A DNA stretch of 64,000 nucleotides from an uncultured Verrucomicrobiae bacterium. GTDB lineage: Bacteria > Verrucomicrobiota > Verrucomicrobiia > Chthoniobacterales > Chthoniobacteraceae. Positions 31,646-41,885 of the stretch are shown one piece after another. The notes under the pieces were generated by a model, which saw only the letters and a program-made list of their open reading frames with translations, was not told where the DNA came from and made no database searches. A program made the position numbers and the translations under genes. The stretch's first letter is position 1. Every line of letters starts with the position of its first letter. The stretch spans positions 128,001 to 192,000 of the forward strand of contig CAWHEP010000002.1 of NCBI GenBank assembly GCA_963828525.1, written 5' to 3'.

Positions 31646-32599
31646 ATGAGCTTTCCCAGCGCCCTCGCTGAGCGGAACCTGGATCTGCGCCGCGCGAGCC
31701 CGGAGATTCTGCAACTCAATGTAGGCAAGCTCTGCAATCTTACCTGCGTGCATTGCCATGTGAACGCGGGACCGCGCCGCAAGGAAATCATCACGCGCGA
31801 AACCCTGGACCGAACGCTGGATTGGCTGGAAGGCACGGGCATCGGCACGTTGGATCTAACCGGCGGCGCTCCCGAAATGATCCCGGACTTTCGCCATGCC
31901 ATCCTGCGGGTGCGCGCCATGCTCCCGGTGCGCCGGATTATTGATCGCTGCAATCTGACCATTCTGCTGGAGCCCGGGTACGACGGGCTGGCGGAGTTCC
32001 TCGCGGAAAACGAAGTCGAGATCGTAGCCTCCATGCCCTGCTATTCGCCGAAGAACGTGAATGAACAACGAGGAAATGGGGTATTCGACGCCAGCATTAC
32101 CGCCCTGCAACTGCTGAACCGGCTGGGTTACGGGCATCGCCCGGAGCTGCCGCTGCATTTGGTCTTCAACCCCAACGGAGCCTTCCTGCCCGGCCCGCAG
32201 GAGGAGCTGGAGGCAGACTACAAACGGGAACTCGCCGGCCACTTTGGCATCGTCTTCAATAGCCTCTACACGATTACGAACCTGCCAGTCTCCCGGTTTG
32301 CCTCCTGGCTGCGTCACGAGGGGAAGTACGAGGAATATCTGAACCTGCTAATCGAAGCGTTTAATCCAGGCACCGTGGAAGGGCTTATGTGCCGAAATAC
32401 CATCAACGTGAGCTGGCAGGGAGAGATTTTTGATTGCGATTTCAACCAGATGCTTCGCCTGCCCATGCCCGGCTACGCGGGTAGGCATGTCTGGGATCTG
32501 AATCCCAACGTCCTCCCCGGCCGGCCCGTCGCCATGGGCAGTCATTGCTTCGGCTGCACGGCTGGGGCCGGGTCGAGCTGCGGTGGCTCCATCCTCTGA
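31646..32599 (+). CDS. arsS: Arsenosugar-biosynthesis radical SAM protein (ArsS family)
   Basis: LQLNVGKLCNLTCVHCHVNAGP, DLTGGAPE, SMPCY, LMCRN, DCDFNQML, HCFGCTAGAGSSCGG. Confidence 0.88.
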   Translation: MSFPSALAERNLDLRRASPEILQLNVGKLCNLTCVHCHVNAGPRRKEIITRETLDRTLDWLEGTGIGTLDLTGGAPEMIPDFRHAILRVRAMLPVRRIIDRCNLTILLEPGYDGLAEFLAENEVEIVASMPCYSPKNVNEQRGNGVFDASITALQLLNRLGYGHRPELPLHLVFNPNGAFLPGPQEELEADYKRELAGHFGIVFNSLYTITNLPVSRFASWLRHEGKYEEYLNLLIEAFNPGTVEGLMCRNTINVSWQGEIFDCDFNQMLRLPMPGYAGRHVWDLNPNVLPGRPVAMGSHCFGCTAGAGSSCGGSIL

Positions 32600-32713
32600 G
32601 TTAGGTGGCTGGCGCGCTTGGAGCAGAGCGCGGCATGCCCGAGTTCTTGAATCGTCTCCGAGAGACTAATTTTCCTGTCTGCGAGCAGCCGGCGAGGAAG
32701 GCGCCGGTAACGG

Positions 32714-34162
32714 TTATTCCTCGCCGCCGCGGTCCGCTGCCATTGCCGGCACCTGGCTTTGCTTGAGGAGTTCGGGATTCGCGAGGCGGCCTTCGTAGAC
32801 CTGACTCCACTTTTCCTGGTTCATCTGGCACATTGGCACGGCCTTCCACTCGCCCTCTTCCTTTATCGCGCCCTTGAACACGCAGGCATCCAGCCGGGCG
32901 CGGACCACGGGGTCTGTCTCCGCGCGGGCCACCTTGGCAGCATCCATAAAATTGTGCGTGCCCACGCCGAAGGTGTGGACGCGCCCCCCAAACAAGTCGC
33001 CGAGCATTCCCGCTGCCATGCGGCCAGAGGCCAGCAACGCGGTCAAATGGATGATTGCGCGCGCCGCGAGATAAGGGTTTCGCAAAAGGACCGAGGCCAG
33101 CCGCCAGGGAGGTGTGCCGGCATCATCGGTGACCAGCGAGAGTCCGCCAATTTTTTCCAGCACCTGCCCAAGCAGGCGTTTGGTCGTTTGATCGGTGGGC
33201 AGCAGCGGCAGGTATTTCCCTGTCCGGCGCGAGACGAGGATGGAAGCCCAGCTATTGCAATCAGGATGGCCAAAGATCGTCCCGTTTTTCTCCAACGACA
33301 GGCCGGTGCCTTCGCAGATTTTTTGCCATACCATTTCGGGGGTCACCGGGTTGTCCGAGAACACCGTGCGTCCGGTATCCGCCTCCGGCTGGAAACTGAT
33401 CATGCGCCAGACAAGCGTGCGCTGCGGATCAGCGAGATACCACCGGAGCACATCGGGCACATCATGGATGTTCTTGCGCGTGACGGTAAAGCTTAAGGCG
33501 TACTCGAGGGGCAGGCCGGTTTTCTTCCGCAGATTCAGCGCCAACTGGGTGAAGGCTTCCCGCACCGGGTCCAGATCCCGTTCGCTTTGCACCCGATTGA
33601 TAGGATAGCCGTGCCGCCCGGCCTGGGTCACGTCGATATGCACGGAGACCTGCCGCAGGCCACCCTCAACCATGAGGCGCTCCAAAAATTGCGGCTGCTC
33701 AATCAAGGTCTGTCCGTGCGTCATGAGCATGGGCACAAGGCCAACGTGATAGGCGTATCGGATGATCTCGATCAACTCATCGACCCGCCCGGATTTCCAG
33801 TAGGCATCGGCCACATCGCCGCCAGTGATTTGCAAGCCCCCGCCCGGACCCTGAAAGCGGCGATTGACGTCGATTTGCTCCTTCACCTCTTCCAGCGATG
33901 GAATGGGCACCCGGTTCGCATTCTTGGGCAGATAACAATGCGTGCAGTGAAAGGAGCAATAACTCGCGCCCAGGATGAAGCCGCAGTGCGTCAGATGCCG
34001 GCCGGAAATCTGGGTGGAGGTTTTCAACTCCTCCGGAAAGGCGTCCCAGCGCTCCCGCAGGATACGCAACTTCTCCGGGTTTATGGGCTGGAGAAACGCA
34101 TCCCAACGCTGCCGCCAATTGCCGCGAGAGGGTTCGGAGGGCGCTTGGTCAGTGCGGTTCAT
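32714..34162 (-). CDS. Uncharacterised radical SAM protein
   Basis: CSFHCTHC (CxxxCxxC), QITGGD, MTHG, HIDVTQ, SFQP...GR, GHPDCN, HNFMD, RLDACVF, VPMC. Confidence 0.85.
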   Translation of the reverse strand: MNRTDQAPSEPSRGNWRQRWDAFLQPINPEKLRILRERWDAFPEELKTSTQISGRHLTHCGFILGASYCSFHCTHCYLPKNANRVPIPSLEEVKEQIDVNRRFQGPGGGLQITGGDVADAYWKSGRVDELIEIIRYAYHVGLVPMLMTHGQTLIEQPQFLERLMVEGGLRQVSVHIDVTQAGRHGYPINRVQSERDLDPVREAFTQLALNLRKKTGLPLEYALSFTVTRKNIHDVPDVLRWYLADPQRTLVWRMISFQPEADTGRTVFSDNPVTPEMVWQKICEGTGLSLEKNGTIFGHPDCNSWASILVSRRTGKYLPLLPTDQTTKRLLGQVLEKIGGLSLVTDDAGTPPWRLASVLLRNPYLAARAIIHLTALLASGRMAAGMLGDLFGGRVHTFGVGTHNFMDAAKVARAETDPVVRARLDACVFKGAIKEEGEWKAVPMCQMNQEKWSQVYEGRLANPELLKQSQVPAMAADRGGEE

Positions 34163-34953
34163 TCCGTTGGATTCTCCTGCTGCAAGGATACCGTCTTTTC
34201 AATTTTACGCGACATGGAATAATACCAGGCGTGCAAGCGTTCTGGATCCGCCCCGCACCGGAAGAGGATGAGGAAAAGGATGTTTTGCAGGGTTACCTTC
34301 CAGGCGCCTTCCTCCTTGTGTTTGCGCGCCGAGGTTTGCATGGGTGGGTCGAGCAACACCACCGGGCCGGAGCGGCGGAGCCGCCCGGAGAATTCCACGT
34401 CTTCGATCAATGGGATGCGGGCGAAGCCGCCAAGCCCTTGAAAATGGGAGCGCCGGACAAAGATACTCTGGTCGCCGTAAAGGGTTCCAAACAGCCGCAA
34501 GTGCAGCCGTTCCAGTCGCTCAAGCCACCTCAGATACGGATGCCTTTCATCGAACTTCCGGTAGTAAGCGCCGCCGATGATCTCCGCCTCGCGCATCACA
34601 TCGGAAAGCGAGGCAATATGAGCCTGCGTAAGAAGGGAATCCGCGTGATGAAAAAGCAGAATGTCCCCGGAGGCGAGAGCGGCTCCGGCATTCATCTGGA
34701 AGCCCCGCCCGGTCTCCGATGAGCCGCAAACCTTGACGCAGCCGCTCGGGAGAGATGTCCCGGCGGGCGCGCCGCTTGATTGCGCGATGCAAACAATGAC
34801 TTCGCGCACCCCGGACAGCGCCGCCCACTTCTCCGCCAGCAAGGAAACCTCCGCTGTCAAATCCCACGAGGGCACGATGACGCTGATCGCTCCGGCCGGA
34901 CAAGGAGAGCGAAAAGAGGCCATTTGCCCGGAGAGGCGGGGAGATTTCACCAA
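34159..34953 (-). CDS. GT2 glycosyltransferase, TIGR04283-like (arsenosugar-cluster associated)
   Basis: ISVIVP, GRGFQMNAGA, LLFHHADS, YGDQSIFVRR, GGF..IPLIEDVE, TSAR; ATGA overlap with the radical SAM start. Confidence 0.85.
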   Translation of the reverse strand: MVKSPRLSGQMASFRSPCPAGAISVIVPSWDLTAEVSLLAEKWAALSGVREVIVCIAQSSGAPAGTSLPSGCVKVCGSSETGRGFQMNAGAALASGDILLFHHADSLLTQAHIASLSDVMREAEIIGGAYYRKFDERHPYLRWLERLERLHLRLFGTLYGDQSIFVRRSHFQGLGGFARIPLIEDVEFSGRLRRSGPVVLLDPPMQTSARKHKEEGAWKVTLQNILFLILFRCGADPERLHAWYYSMSRKIEKTVSLQQENPTE

Positions 34954-35008
34954 GGCATCTCGTTAAGTGATCGTCACGGTCATGCCTGAAAACGCGCTCT
35001 AGCAAACA

Positions 35009-35327
35009 TTACCGCGCTGAAAGCGTCCTGTATTCGCCGCGTTGCATCGTCTCCGCAACTTCTCTGATGGTCGAGAAATGCCTCTCGAGAGTCGGCCGAT
35101 GGCTTGTCCATAGATCGAGGATGCTGAGTCGTCGATCACCCAGATTTTGCTGATACCGTAAGTTCTTGTCGCAGATGATGAATAATGCGAACCCGGCGAG
35201 CTCCGCAAGACGAAGCAGCGCGCTATTCTCGCGCGCCCCATCCCATTTTCGCCGCAGTACGGACGTCATGTCCGTTGAACGCGAGACGTACTTGCACAGG
35301 AGTGCAGACATCCAGCAGGATCTTCAC
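35009..35327 (-). CDS. DUF5615-like PIN toxin, frameshifted near 35240
   Basis: GTG start overlaps the antitoxin stop: VKILLDVCTP...HDVRTAAKMGW, then after a shift ENSALL...FIICDKNLRYQQNL. Confidence 0.75.
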
Positions 35328-35548
35328 TCAGCCATTTCCAACGAGATTCTCTCTCTTCCGTGACTCAGTACCAACTCCGCCTGCTCGCGGGTGACCCCGT
35401 CGAAAGTTTCGAGAAAGTACCCAAGCGTCAGGCCGTCTCCCAAGTAGTCGAATAACGCTTCAATGGGCAACCGCGTTCCGTTGAAGACAGGCTTCCCTCT
35501 CAGAATACCGGGGTTCGACACTACGGCTCCTCCAGCCGCAATCTTCAT
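35324..35548 (-). CDS. DUF433 antitoxin
   Basis: NPGILRGKPVFNGTRLPIEALFDYL..G.TL..FLE.F..VTREQ. Confidence 0.9.
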   Translation of the reverse strand: MKIAAGGAVVSNPGILRGKPVFNGTRLPIEALFDYLGDGLTLGYFLETFDGVTREQAELVLSHGRERISLEMAE

Positions 35549-35741
35549 TTTAGCTACTCCTTGCACCTTCATACAATGGCACAGAAACAACAGTTTCAAA
35601 CCTCCGGATGGATGATCGCCCCGACGCTGGTGACGGTCGTGATCTCTGCCCGTCTTCCCTCCCGTTTCGCGTAATTAACAACCTTTCCACCCGCCCTTTT
35701 CACCTTGGCGGCGGGCGCATTCTGGACACATCCATTTTTCA

Positions 35742-35840
35742 ATGGCACCCACTCTCGACGAGAATCTTGTTCGGGCGGCTCATCTTTCAGAGATGACCCC
35801 GGAGCAAACCCAGCTGGTGTTGGCGGTCTCGCGGCTCGCC
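35742..35840 (+). pseudogene. Possible UPF0175-family antitoxin N-terminal fragment
   Basis: MAPTLDENLVRAAHLSEMTPEQTQLVLAVS resembles UPF0175 starts; runs into the 3' end of the GH2 gene. Confidence 0.3.
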
Positions 35841-35848
35841 GTCCTCCC

Positions 35849-38800
35849 TCACCGCCTCACAACATCAGACTTCCCGACATTCCACCCATCGAGAACGACC
35901 TTCGGTTCATCCCCTTTCAGCAGGGCCTTGTCATATTCCACATGGATGTCGCGCTTCTCATGCGGGAGCAGCGAAACATAGTTGTCCTCGTAGAAGATCG
36001 GCAATACTCGCTCATTGGGAGCGGACGCTCTCACAACCTTCACGCAAGCCATCAAAGCCACTTGTGAAGTTGGATTCTCAAGATGCACATCGAGCCCGTT
36101 CATCCCGCCCGCATCGCCCGCCGTGAACGACGCGGCCAGGCTCACCTTGGGCGTTTGGCTGAGACCCTCATACGTCTTCTTTGACAATCCGCGCCAATAG
36201 AAATTCTCAGACACGACTTTGTTCCCCTGCGTCAGCTTCAGCTTGATGAAGTGGGTGGGACTGAGGTCCGGCGGGAAGGTCAATTCAAAGCAGTCGCTTG
36301 CCACGCCGCTCGCGTCTGAATTCACCGACGCGTCCTGATGCCCTTTTACCGTCCCGTCCATATTGTAAATCCACGCCTCGGCGCGCAATCCGGCAACACT
36401 CTTCCCAGAGTTGTTAGCCACTTTGATCTTGTTGGTGAACGCGTCCCAGAGGATATGCAGAGGCTCGTTTGCCTTTTTCGCTCCGAAGTAAGCCGCCGTC
36501 GGATTCAAATAGTAGTCGTAGAACTGACAGATCAGCGAAGGCCAGGCGGGATGTGACATCCAGGCCAGCCCACCGCTCCCACCGTTCCCTCGCCAGGCTT
36601 CAAACATCGCCTTCGCGGTTTCCCAGTTCAGCATCTGCGCCTTTTCGCAGAACTCGTCCACGCTCTCTGAGGTCCCATACAAGTCGTTTACCCTTTTGGT
36701 GTAAATCCGGTCCCTCGGTTGCGCGAAATCATGAAGGCCCCACATGTCGCTGATCGGCCATAGATCCTTTTCCGGCATCATCAAGCGCATCGTGTCCGCG
36801 GTCGGCACGCAAACGAGCCCAAGCTCGCTATGCAGCGTCAAACCACGACTTTGAAAATACCAGCTTACATCCTTCGGTTCGTAAGGCCCGTGCCCGGTGA
36901 CTAGGCCGCCTGCCGAGTTTGGTATGTAGTAACGGGTGCCATCCAGCGCGGATGTCTCCGCCGCCATCCCTTTATCCAGCTCCTTCGGCGGGTTGCCTTC
37001 GTTCCGCCCGCAGTAGAGCGCCAGCGAGGGGTGGTTGCGGATGCGCGCGATCCGATCCCGTACATTTGCCATGAACATGGCGTTATCCTGCGGATTCGGC
37101 CCGTCCGCGGGATTGGCCAGCCAGAAGTCGTTCCATACAAGGATGCCGTATTTGTCGCAGGCGTCGAAGAACTCCTCTTTCCCGACCTGTCCCACCCAGT
37201 TGCGGATCATCACCATGTTCATCGCTTTGTGCAGCCGGATCGCGGTGTCGTAGTCCTTTGCCTCGTAACGCAGCATCGTCTCATCCATCCCCCAGTTGCC
37301 GCCGTTTAACTGGATGTGCTGGCCATTGCAGGATATTTTCAGTTTCCCGCCGGAGGTGTCATAGGCGAACTGCCTGATGCCAAACATGAAGACCTTCGTG
37401 CTGCTTGCGACATCACCCACCCTCGCGACGAGCGTGAGTTGCTGGAGCGGCTGTTCCCCGTAACCGTTCGGCCACCAGAGCGGAGGGTCGCTCAACGCGA
37501 GCTGCGGGCAAGAGCTGCGATCCAGCTTAACGGTTTTCACTTCTCCCGCTCCCAGCGCTACGTTCTGGCTGAAGGTTACCGCGCCAAACTTACCGGTGAC
37601 CGTCGCGTTGACCGGGGCGTTCTTCAGGTTTTTCAACGTGACATCCACGTTCACATCCGCGTGGCGCAAATCCGTCACCGTCGCGCGCGCGAATGGATCC
37701 ACCAGCGCGACCGGGCCGGTTTTCTCCAGGTAAACATGATCCCAGATGCCGATGTCGCGTCCGCGGACCGAGGGCATCCAGTTCCACCCCTCGCTGGCTG
37801 AAAACGTCGGACAATCCAAGCCCAGCACGCCGCCATTATGCGTCATATGCGCGAGGCTCTTTTCGTTGGTCGGCCCTGGGTGCTCGCACTTGTGGATCAA
37901 TACCGCGAGGACATTCTTCTGCCCGGGTAGAAGCTTGCCAGTGACGTCGAACACGCCCCGCTGGAAAGCTCCGTCAATATGTCCCACCTGGCTTCCGTTC
38001 AGGTACACATCCGCTTTCCAGTTGATCCCCGCGAAATTCAGAAAACAATGTTCGCCATTCGCCACGGGGAGCGACGCAAACTCCTTGCGATACCAGAAAT
38101 CATTCTGGAAAAAAGACTCTGAGATCAATCTCTGTTGATCAGCGTAATCGGGGTCCGGAATCGCGCCCGCAAGCAAATAGCTGTTCAACGCGGTGCCCGG
38201 AACCCGCGCTGGCAGCCAGCGATCCACCGCGAACGAAGCGCCCGACACAGCCTCCCCAGCCTCCCGCAAAAACATCGCGTTTTGCAGTTTCCACCCGGCG
38301 CCATCCATCGATACCCTCCCATTCTGATCAGGGGGCGGCAGCTCCAGCCCGGCGGCAGGAGCCGGAGGCGGTAACTGACCCTCCACTACAAACTCATTCA
38401 GTTGGCAGCCAGTAGGGGCGCTCCCCTTATCGGCCAGCATCCGCACGAAACGGGCCTCGCTTAACGCAAAGCGCGCGCTGCTCGTCTGCGAACTCGCGCA
38501 TGACACGTGGGCGACATCGCTCCAACGCGAGGGCGACGCCGTCTCCTGGGACACCTGAATCGAACACCCGGCCGGCGCGAGGCCACCCCATTGCAGCTTC
38601 ACGCCGTCGATCTTTCTCAATCCTCCCAGATCGACATAGATCCAGGGTTGATCCTCAGCCTTGCTCTGCCAGAACGTCTCGCCGCTCCCGTCGGTCGCAA
38701 GATGCGCGACATTATCGAAATTGATCGCGCTGGAATGGTAAGCCGCCCGGTTCAGGGCAACATTCCCCTCCCCTTCGCCAGCCTGCGCCGCCAAAGAAAA

Positions 38801-38893
38801 AACGGATAAACACAGAGCGGCGATTACAAAACAACGTCTTGGGATTTGAGGGGGGCACATTCCTGCAAAATGCCGATTTCGCGCGGATATCAC
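35849..38893 (-). CDS. Secreted GH2 glycoside hydrolase with N-terminal F5/8 type C (CBM32) domain
   Basis: Signal peptide, NVALNR..WQS..WIYVDLG, LWWPNGYGEQPL, GGNWG, NMIRNW, IRNHPSLALYCGRNE, HSELG. Confidence 0.9.
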   Translation of the reverse strand: MISARNRHFAGMCPPQIPRRCFVIAALCLSVFSLAAQAGEGEGNVALNRAAYHSSAINFDNVAHLATDGSGETFWQSKAEDQPWIYVDLGGLRKIDGVKLQWGGLAPAGCSIQVSQETASPSRWSDVAHVSCASSQTSSARFALSEARFVRMLADKGSAPTGCQLNEFVVEGQLPPPAPAAGLELPPPDQNGRVSMDGAGWKLQNAMFLREAGEAVSGASFAVDRWLPARVPGTALNSYLLAGAIPDPDYADQQRLISESFFQNDFWYRKEFASLPVANGEHCFLNFAGINWKADVYLNGSQVGHIDGAFQRGVFDVTGKLLPGQKNVLAVLIHKCEHPGPTNEKSLAHMTHNGGVLGLDCPTFSASEGWNWMPSVRGRDIGIWDHVYLEKTGPVALVDPFARATVTDLRHADVNVDVTLKNLKNAPVNATVTGKFGAVTFSQNVALGAGEVKTVKLDRSSCPQLALSDPPLWWPNGYGEQPLQQLTLVARVGDVASSTKVFMFGIRQFAYDTSGGKLKISCNGQHIQLNGGNWGMDETMLRYEAKDYDTAIRLHKAMNMVMIRNWVGQVGKEEFFDACDKYGILVWNDFWLANPADGPNPQDNAMFMANVRDRIARIRNHPSLALYCGRNEGNPPKELDKGMAAETSALDGTRYYIPNSAGGLVTGHGPYEPKDVSWYFQSRGLTLHSELGLVCVPTADTMRLMMPEKDLWPISDMWGLHDFAQPRDRIYTKRVNDLYGTSESVDEFCEKAQMLNWETAKAMFEAWRGNGGSGGLAWMSHPAWPSLICQFYDYYLNPTAAYFGAKKANEPLHILWDAFTNKIKVANNSGKSVAGLRAEAWIYNMDGTVKGHQDASVNSDASGVASDCFELTFPPDLSPTHFIKLKLTQGNKVVSENFYWRGLSKKTYEGLSQTPKVSLAASFTAGDAGGMNGLDVHLENPTSQVALMACVKVVRASAPNERVLPIFYEDNYVSLLPHEKRDIHVEYDKALLKGDEPKVVLDGWNVGKSDVVRR

Positions 38894-39285
38894 CAGATTT
38901 TTCGGTAGGGGAAGGTTACGATTCTGACATCAACTCCACAGCGGTATTTCGGGCGCGCACCCTGCGCAATGTCTCTCATCCGTCCGGGGATCCCACCGCA
39001 AGCTTTTTCATCGCCCATGCGCTCCGGGCAAGCCCCGTCAGTCCGTGGGCGCCTGCCAGGAAGCTTAGCTTTACTGGCAGAGCGCGCCTCGTGATGAACC
39101 ATTTGCCCGCAACGCGCCGTGGGCCTGGTGGAACTCTGCATTCTTGAGCCCTGAATATCGCGCGCGACGAGATAAAACTCGCGCGGGAGTTGTCGCTAAA
39201 GGGCGATACAGAACAGCTTCGCCCGGACGGGAACGCGCACTGCGACGTGACGCGATAGACCATCTGTCTCGACGAAGGAACTTTC

Positions 39286-39867
39286 TTACCGAGCGGGAAC
39301 GGTAGATAGCTGGAATTTCTGGAGTAGCCATGCTAAGACCGCCTCTTGGTCGTCTCGCGTTGCTCTGCGAATTTGAGCCAGGAGGTGAATTCGGTCTGGT
39401 TTTGGCAAACCGGTATTCTGCAAACCTTCGTTACAATTGGTACAAACGGCCCTCAGATTTTCGAATGTGTCGGCTCCGCCTTTTGATTTGTCGACGATGT
39501 GAGCCATGGTTAGGCGAATTGTTCTACTGGGTGCGAATGGGTCGGGATCGCCGGCGGCAACGCCGCACATTTGGCAAGTGAACCCGTTTCGCTCAAGAAC
39601 CCTCGCCCGGGTTTCTTTGGAGATGCCACGCCTGAACGCTGGCACCCGGTTGGTTGTCTCCAATAAATATTGGCCGGGTTTAAGGTCGGAGCGGTCTTTA
39701 TGCGACAGTATCTGCCAGCCTTCTTCGTTTCGAAGCTCACGGACCCGGCGAGCCCATTCGGAAGCGCCTCCGCTCGCCGCATGAATATCCTTCGATTCCA
39801 TGACAGTCCCGACGTTGGCTAAGAGGAAGTCTAGAATTAGTGCTTTCGAACCTTTTTTCTTCGGCAT
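39286..39867 (-). CDS. HNH endonuclease (putative restriction enzyme)
   Basis: CQMCG, AHIVDKSKGG, NLRAVCTNCN; N-terminal HTH-like EWARRVRELR. Directly downstream of dcm. Confidence 0.85.
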   Translation of the reverse strand: MPKKKGSKALILDFLLANVGTVMESKDIHAASGGASEWARRVRELRNEEGWQILSHKDRSDLKPGQYLLETTNRVPAFRRGISKETRARVLERNGFTCQMCGVAAGDPDPFAPSRTIRLTMAHIVDKSKGGADTFENLRAVCTNCNEGLQNTGLPKPDRIHLLAQIRRATRDDQEAVLAWLLQKFQLSTVPAR

Positions 39868-40884
39868 TTGGGGGCGGGTTTGGTGGATTTGGATTCTTCC
39901 AGGAGTCTCAACTCGCGGACGTCAGAATCCGGGAGGTCGTTATAGGTGAACTGCCTTGTGAATGCGGCGCGGATCGCATTCCCTACGGCCCTGGCCACCG
40001 GCGGCGGAAACGCGTTTCCAACTTGGCGATATGCGGTGGTTTTCGGCCCATGAACTGCCATGTGTCGGGAAACCCCTGGATTCGGGCCACCATGCGGACT
40101 GTGAGTCTCGGTAGATGGTCTTCGGTGAAAGTGTAGTCGGGTGCCTCATCGGCAATCCCCATGCCGTCCACGCTGAGGGCTCTCCATTGTTTCTTCGCGC
40201 GTGTTGGCCCAAGGTCCGGCCCGCCGTGTTTCTTGGAACCGCCAACTATGGTCGGGGCAATGGTCGTTGCCTTGTTAGCCCACACACCGGCTGATCGCCA
40301 TCCGTTCGCAGCCATTAAATCAACGAGCGTTTCGCCGACGGTCGTCCGGACTGAGCAGCCGAGGGGCCAGCGGAAGTGCTCCGCATCCCGGGGCCACAAC
40401 GCAACCAACACGAAACGAGGCCGCAATTGAGGCACGCCAAAATTGGCAGCCTGGAGAACCTTCCATTCGGGCTGGTAGCCCAGCTTCGAAAACTTTTGCA
40501 GAGATCGCGGCGATATTCGGAAAACTTCTCAGATGCAAAGCCTGGAACATTTTCGAGGAGTATCGCTCTGGGTCGGATGGCCGCTGCCAGGGCCAGGGCA
40601 CTAGGGAACATATCGCGATCATCTCCCGATCCAAGTTGCTTGCCTGCGATGCTGAATGGGGGGCACGGAACACCTCCCGCCGAGCAAGTCCACCCCCTTG
40701 AAATTGGCGGCATTAATGTGCCTGATGTCAGATTGTATTACGTTCCATTGCGGCCGATTTGCTCGCAGTGTCGTGCAGAACTGCGGCTCGTATTCAACGA
40801 GTCCCTCATGGTGGAAGCCGGCAGCTCCAACCCAAGCGCCTGCCCGCCACCACCGGCACAGAGTTCCAGGCTAGAAAATGTCAT
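39837..40884 (-). CDS. dcm: C5 DNA cytosine methyltransferase, about 4 frameshifts
   Basis: Motif I LELCAGGGG, IV GGVPCPPFS, VI LLENVPG, VIII PQLRPR, TRD TIVGGSKKHGGPDLGPTRA, IX RLTVR..ARIQGFP, X RQVGNAFPP, spread over frames. Confidence 0.9.
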
Positions 40885-40935
40885 CGTGTTTTTCGGCCCT
40901 TTTGGAGTGGTCTGCCGCTTTTTTCCAGTGCGCGG

Positions 40936-41324
40936 TCACAGAGAGCGGCAGTCTTCGCAGGGTGGAGAAGATGGTGCTCCCAAAGCCGCCAGGACATTCC
41001 AGTTTTTTCGACGGAGTGCCTTTGTCACCTTTCTGTCTCGCGCTTGGTTTCGGAGCAGCTTGGGAATCCAATATTGCTGATTTGATGTGGGCTTGCGACC
41101 GTGTTTCGGGCAACCGTGCCAAAAGCACCCGTCAACGAATATGGCCAGCCGACTTGAACGGAACACGAAATCTGGCCTGCCGTGCAAAGGGTAATCTCTG
41201 CGCCAGCCTTTGATTCCGTGCGATCGAAAAATGGATATAAGGCGGAGTTCCGTGTCCTTATTGCCGCGAGAGCGGATGACGCTCATTACGGCAGATCGCT
41301 TTTCGATAGTGAAAACGTCGGCCA
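40936..41324 (-). CDS. vsr: Very-short-patch repair endonuclease (C-terminus probably frameshifted)
   Basis: RSAVMSVIRSRGNKDTE, GRPDFVF, AIFVDGCFWHGCP, YWIPKL.RN..RD. Confidence 0.92.
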
Positions 41325-41402
41325 TGGCTGCACTGATGATAGCTGAAAAGGCCAAAAAGTGCCCCGGTAAAATGTAGTCCCGACTTTGAAACTGCTTCGC
41401 CT

Positions 41403-41795
41403 GTGGCGGCTCTTAGGCAGGCGGGGGCAAGATATCATCCTCATTTCATGGGAGATGACTGGGAGCGAAACTATGTGTTCCTTGCGTCCAAGCGCCTAAC
41501 AATGCCCGGCCTCAAATCGTCTCTGCTGCCGGGGGCGGGAGCCTTTCCCTCTTATTCGGAGAAGCTGCGGCTTACAGCGCCCGGGGCGTCCAGAAGCGTT
41601 TGGAGGCTACCGCAATGTTTCCATCCTTCTGTTCGGGAGCCGTGGCTTACTTACCACTCGCGAGAACGATGGAAACGCCGGGGTGACTTCACTCAATTGA
41701 GAACCGCAGCGCGGTGGCAAGACGCTGTTTTGCATGCTGAGAAAAGCCCCGAGGTCCTTACTTGGGTGCGGAGTCTAATCGTCGAAAACGCGTGA
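41403..41795 (+). pseudogene. Fragment resembling the C-terminal part of a nucleotide-modification-associated (Nmad3-like) protein
   Basis: HPH, GAGAF, LRLTAPG..RSVWRLP..F, LTYH, W, L...AR.Q pattern; no N-terminal half present. Confidence 0.4.
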
Positions 41796-41885
41796 GATGA
41801 CATCCGCCTCTACTTCGTTGTTCCAATACTACCGCCTTGGGAATGGGGCTCGCGCTGCGGACTGGGTTTCGACAGTTAGAGTCAA

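Noticed and set aside
31646..32599. Selenocysteine recoding in the ArsS-family gene
   Set aside because: The ORF has no in-frame TGA; the C-terminal GSSCGG carries Cys.
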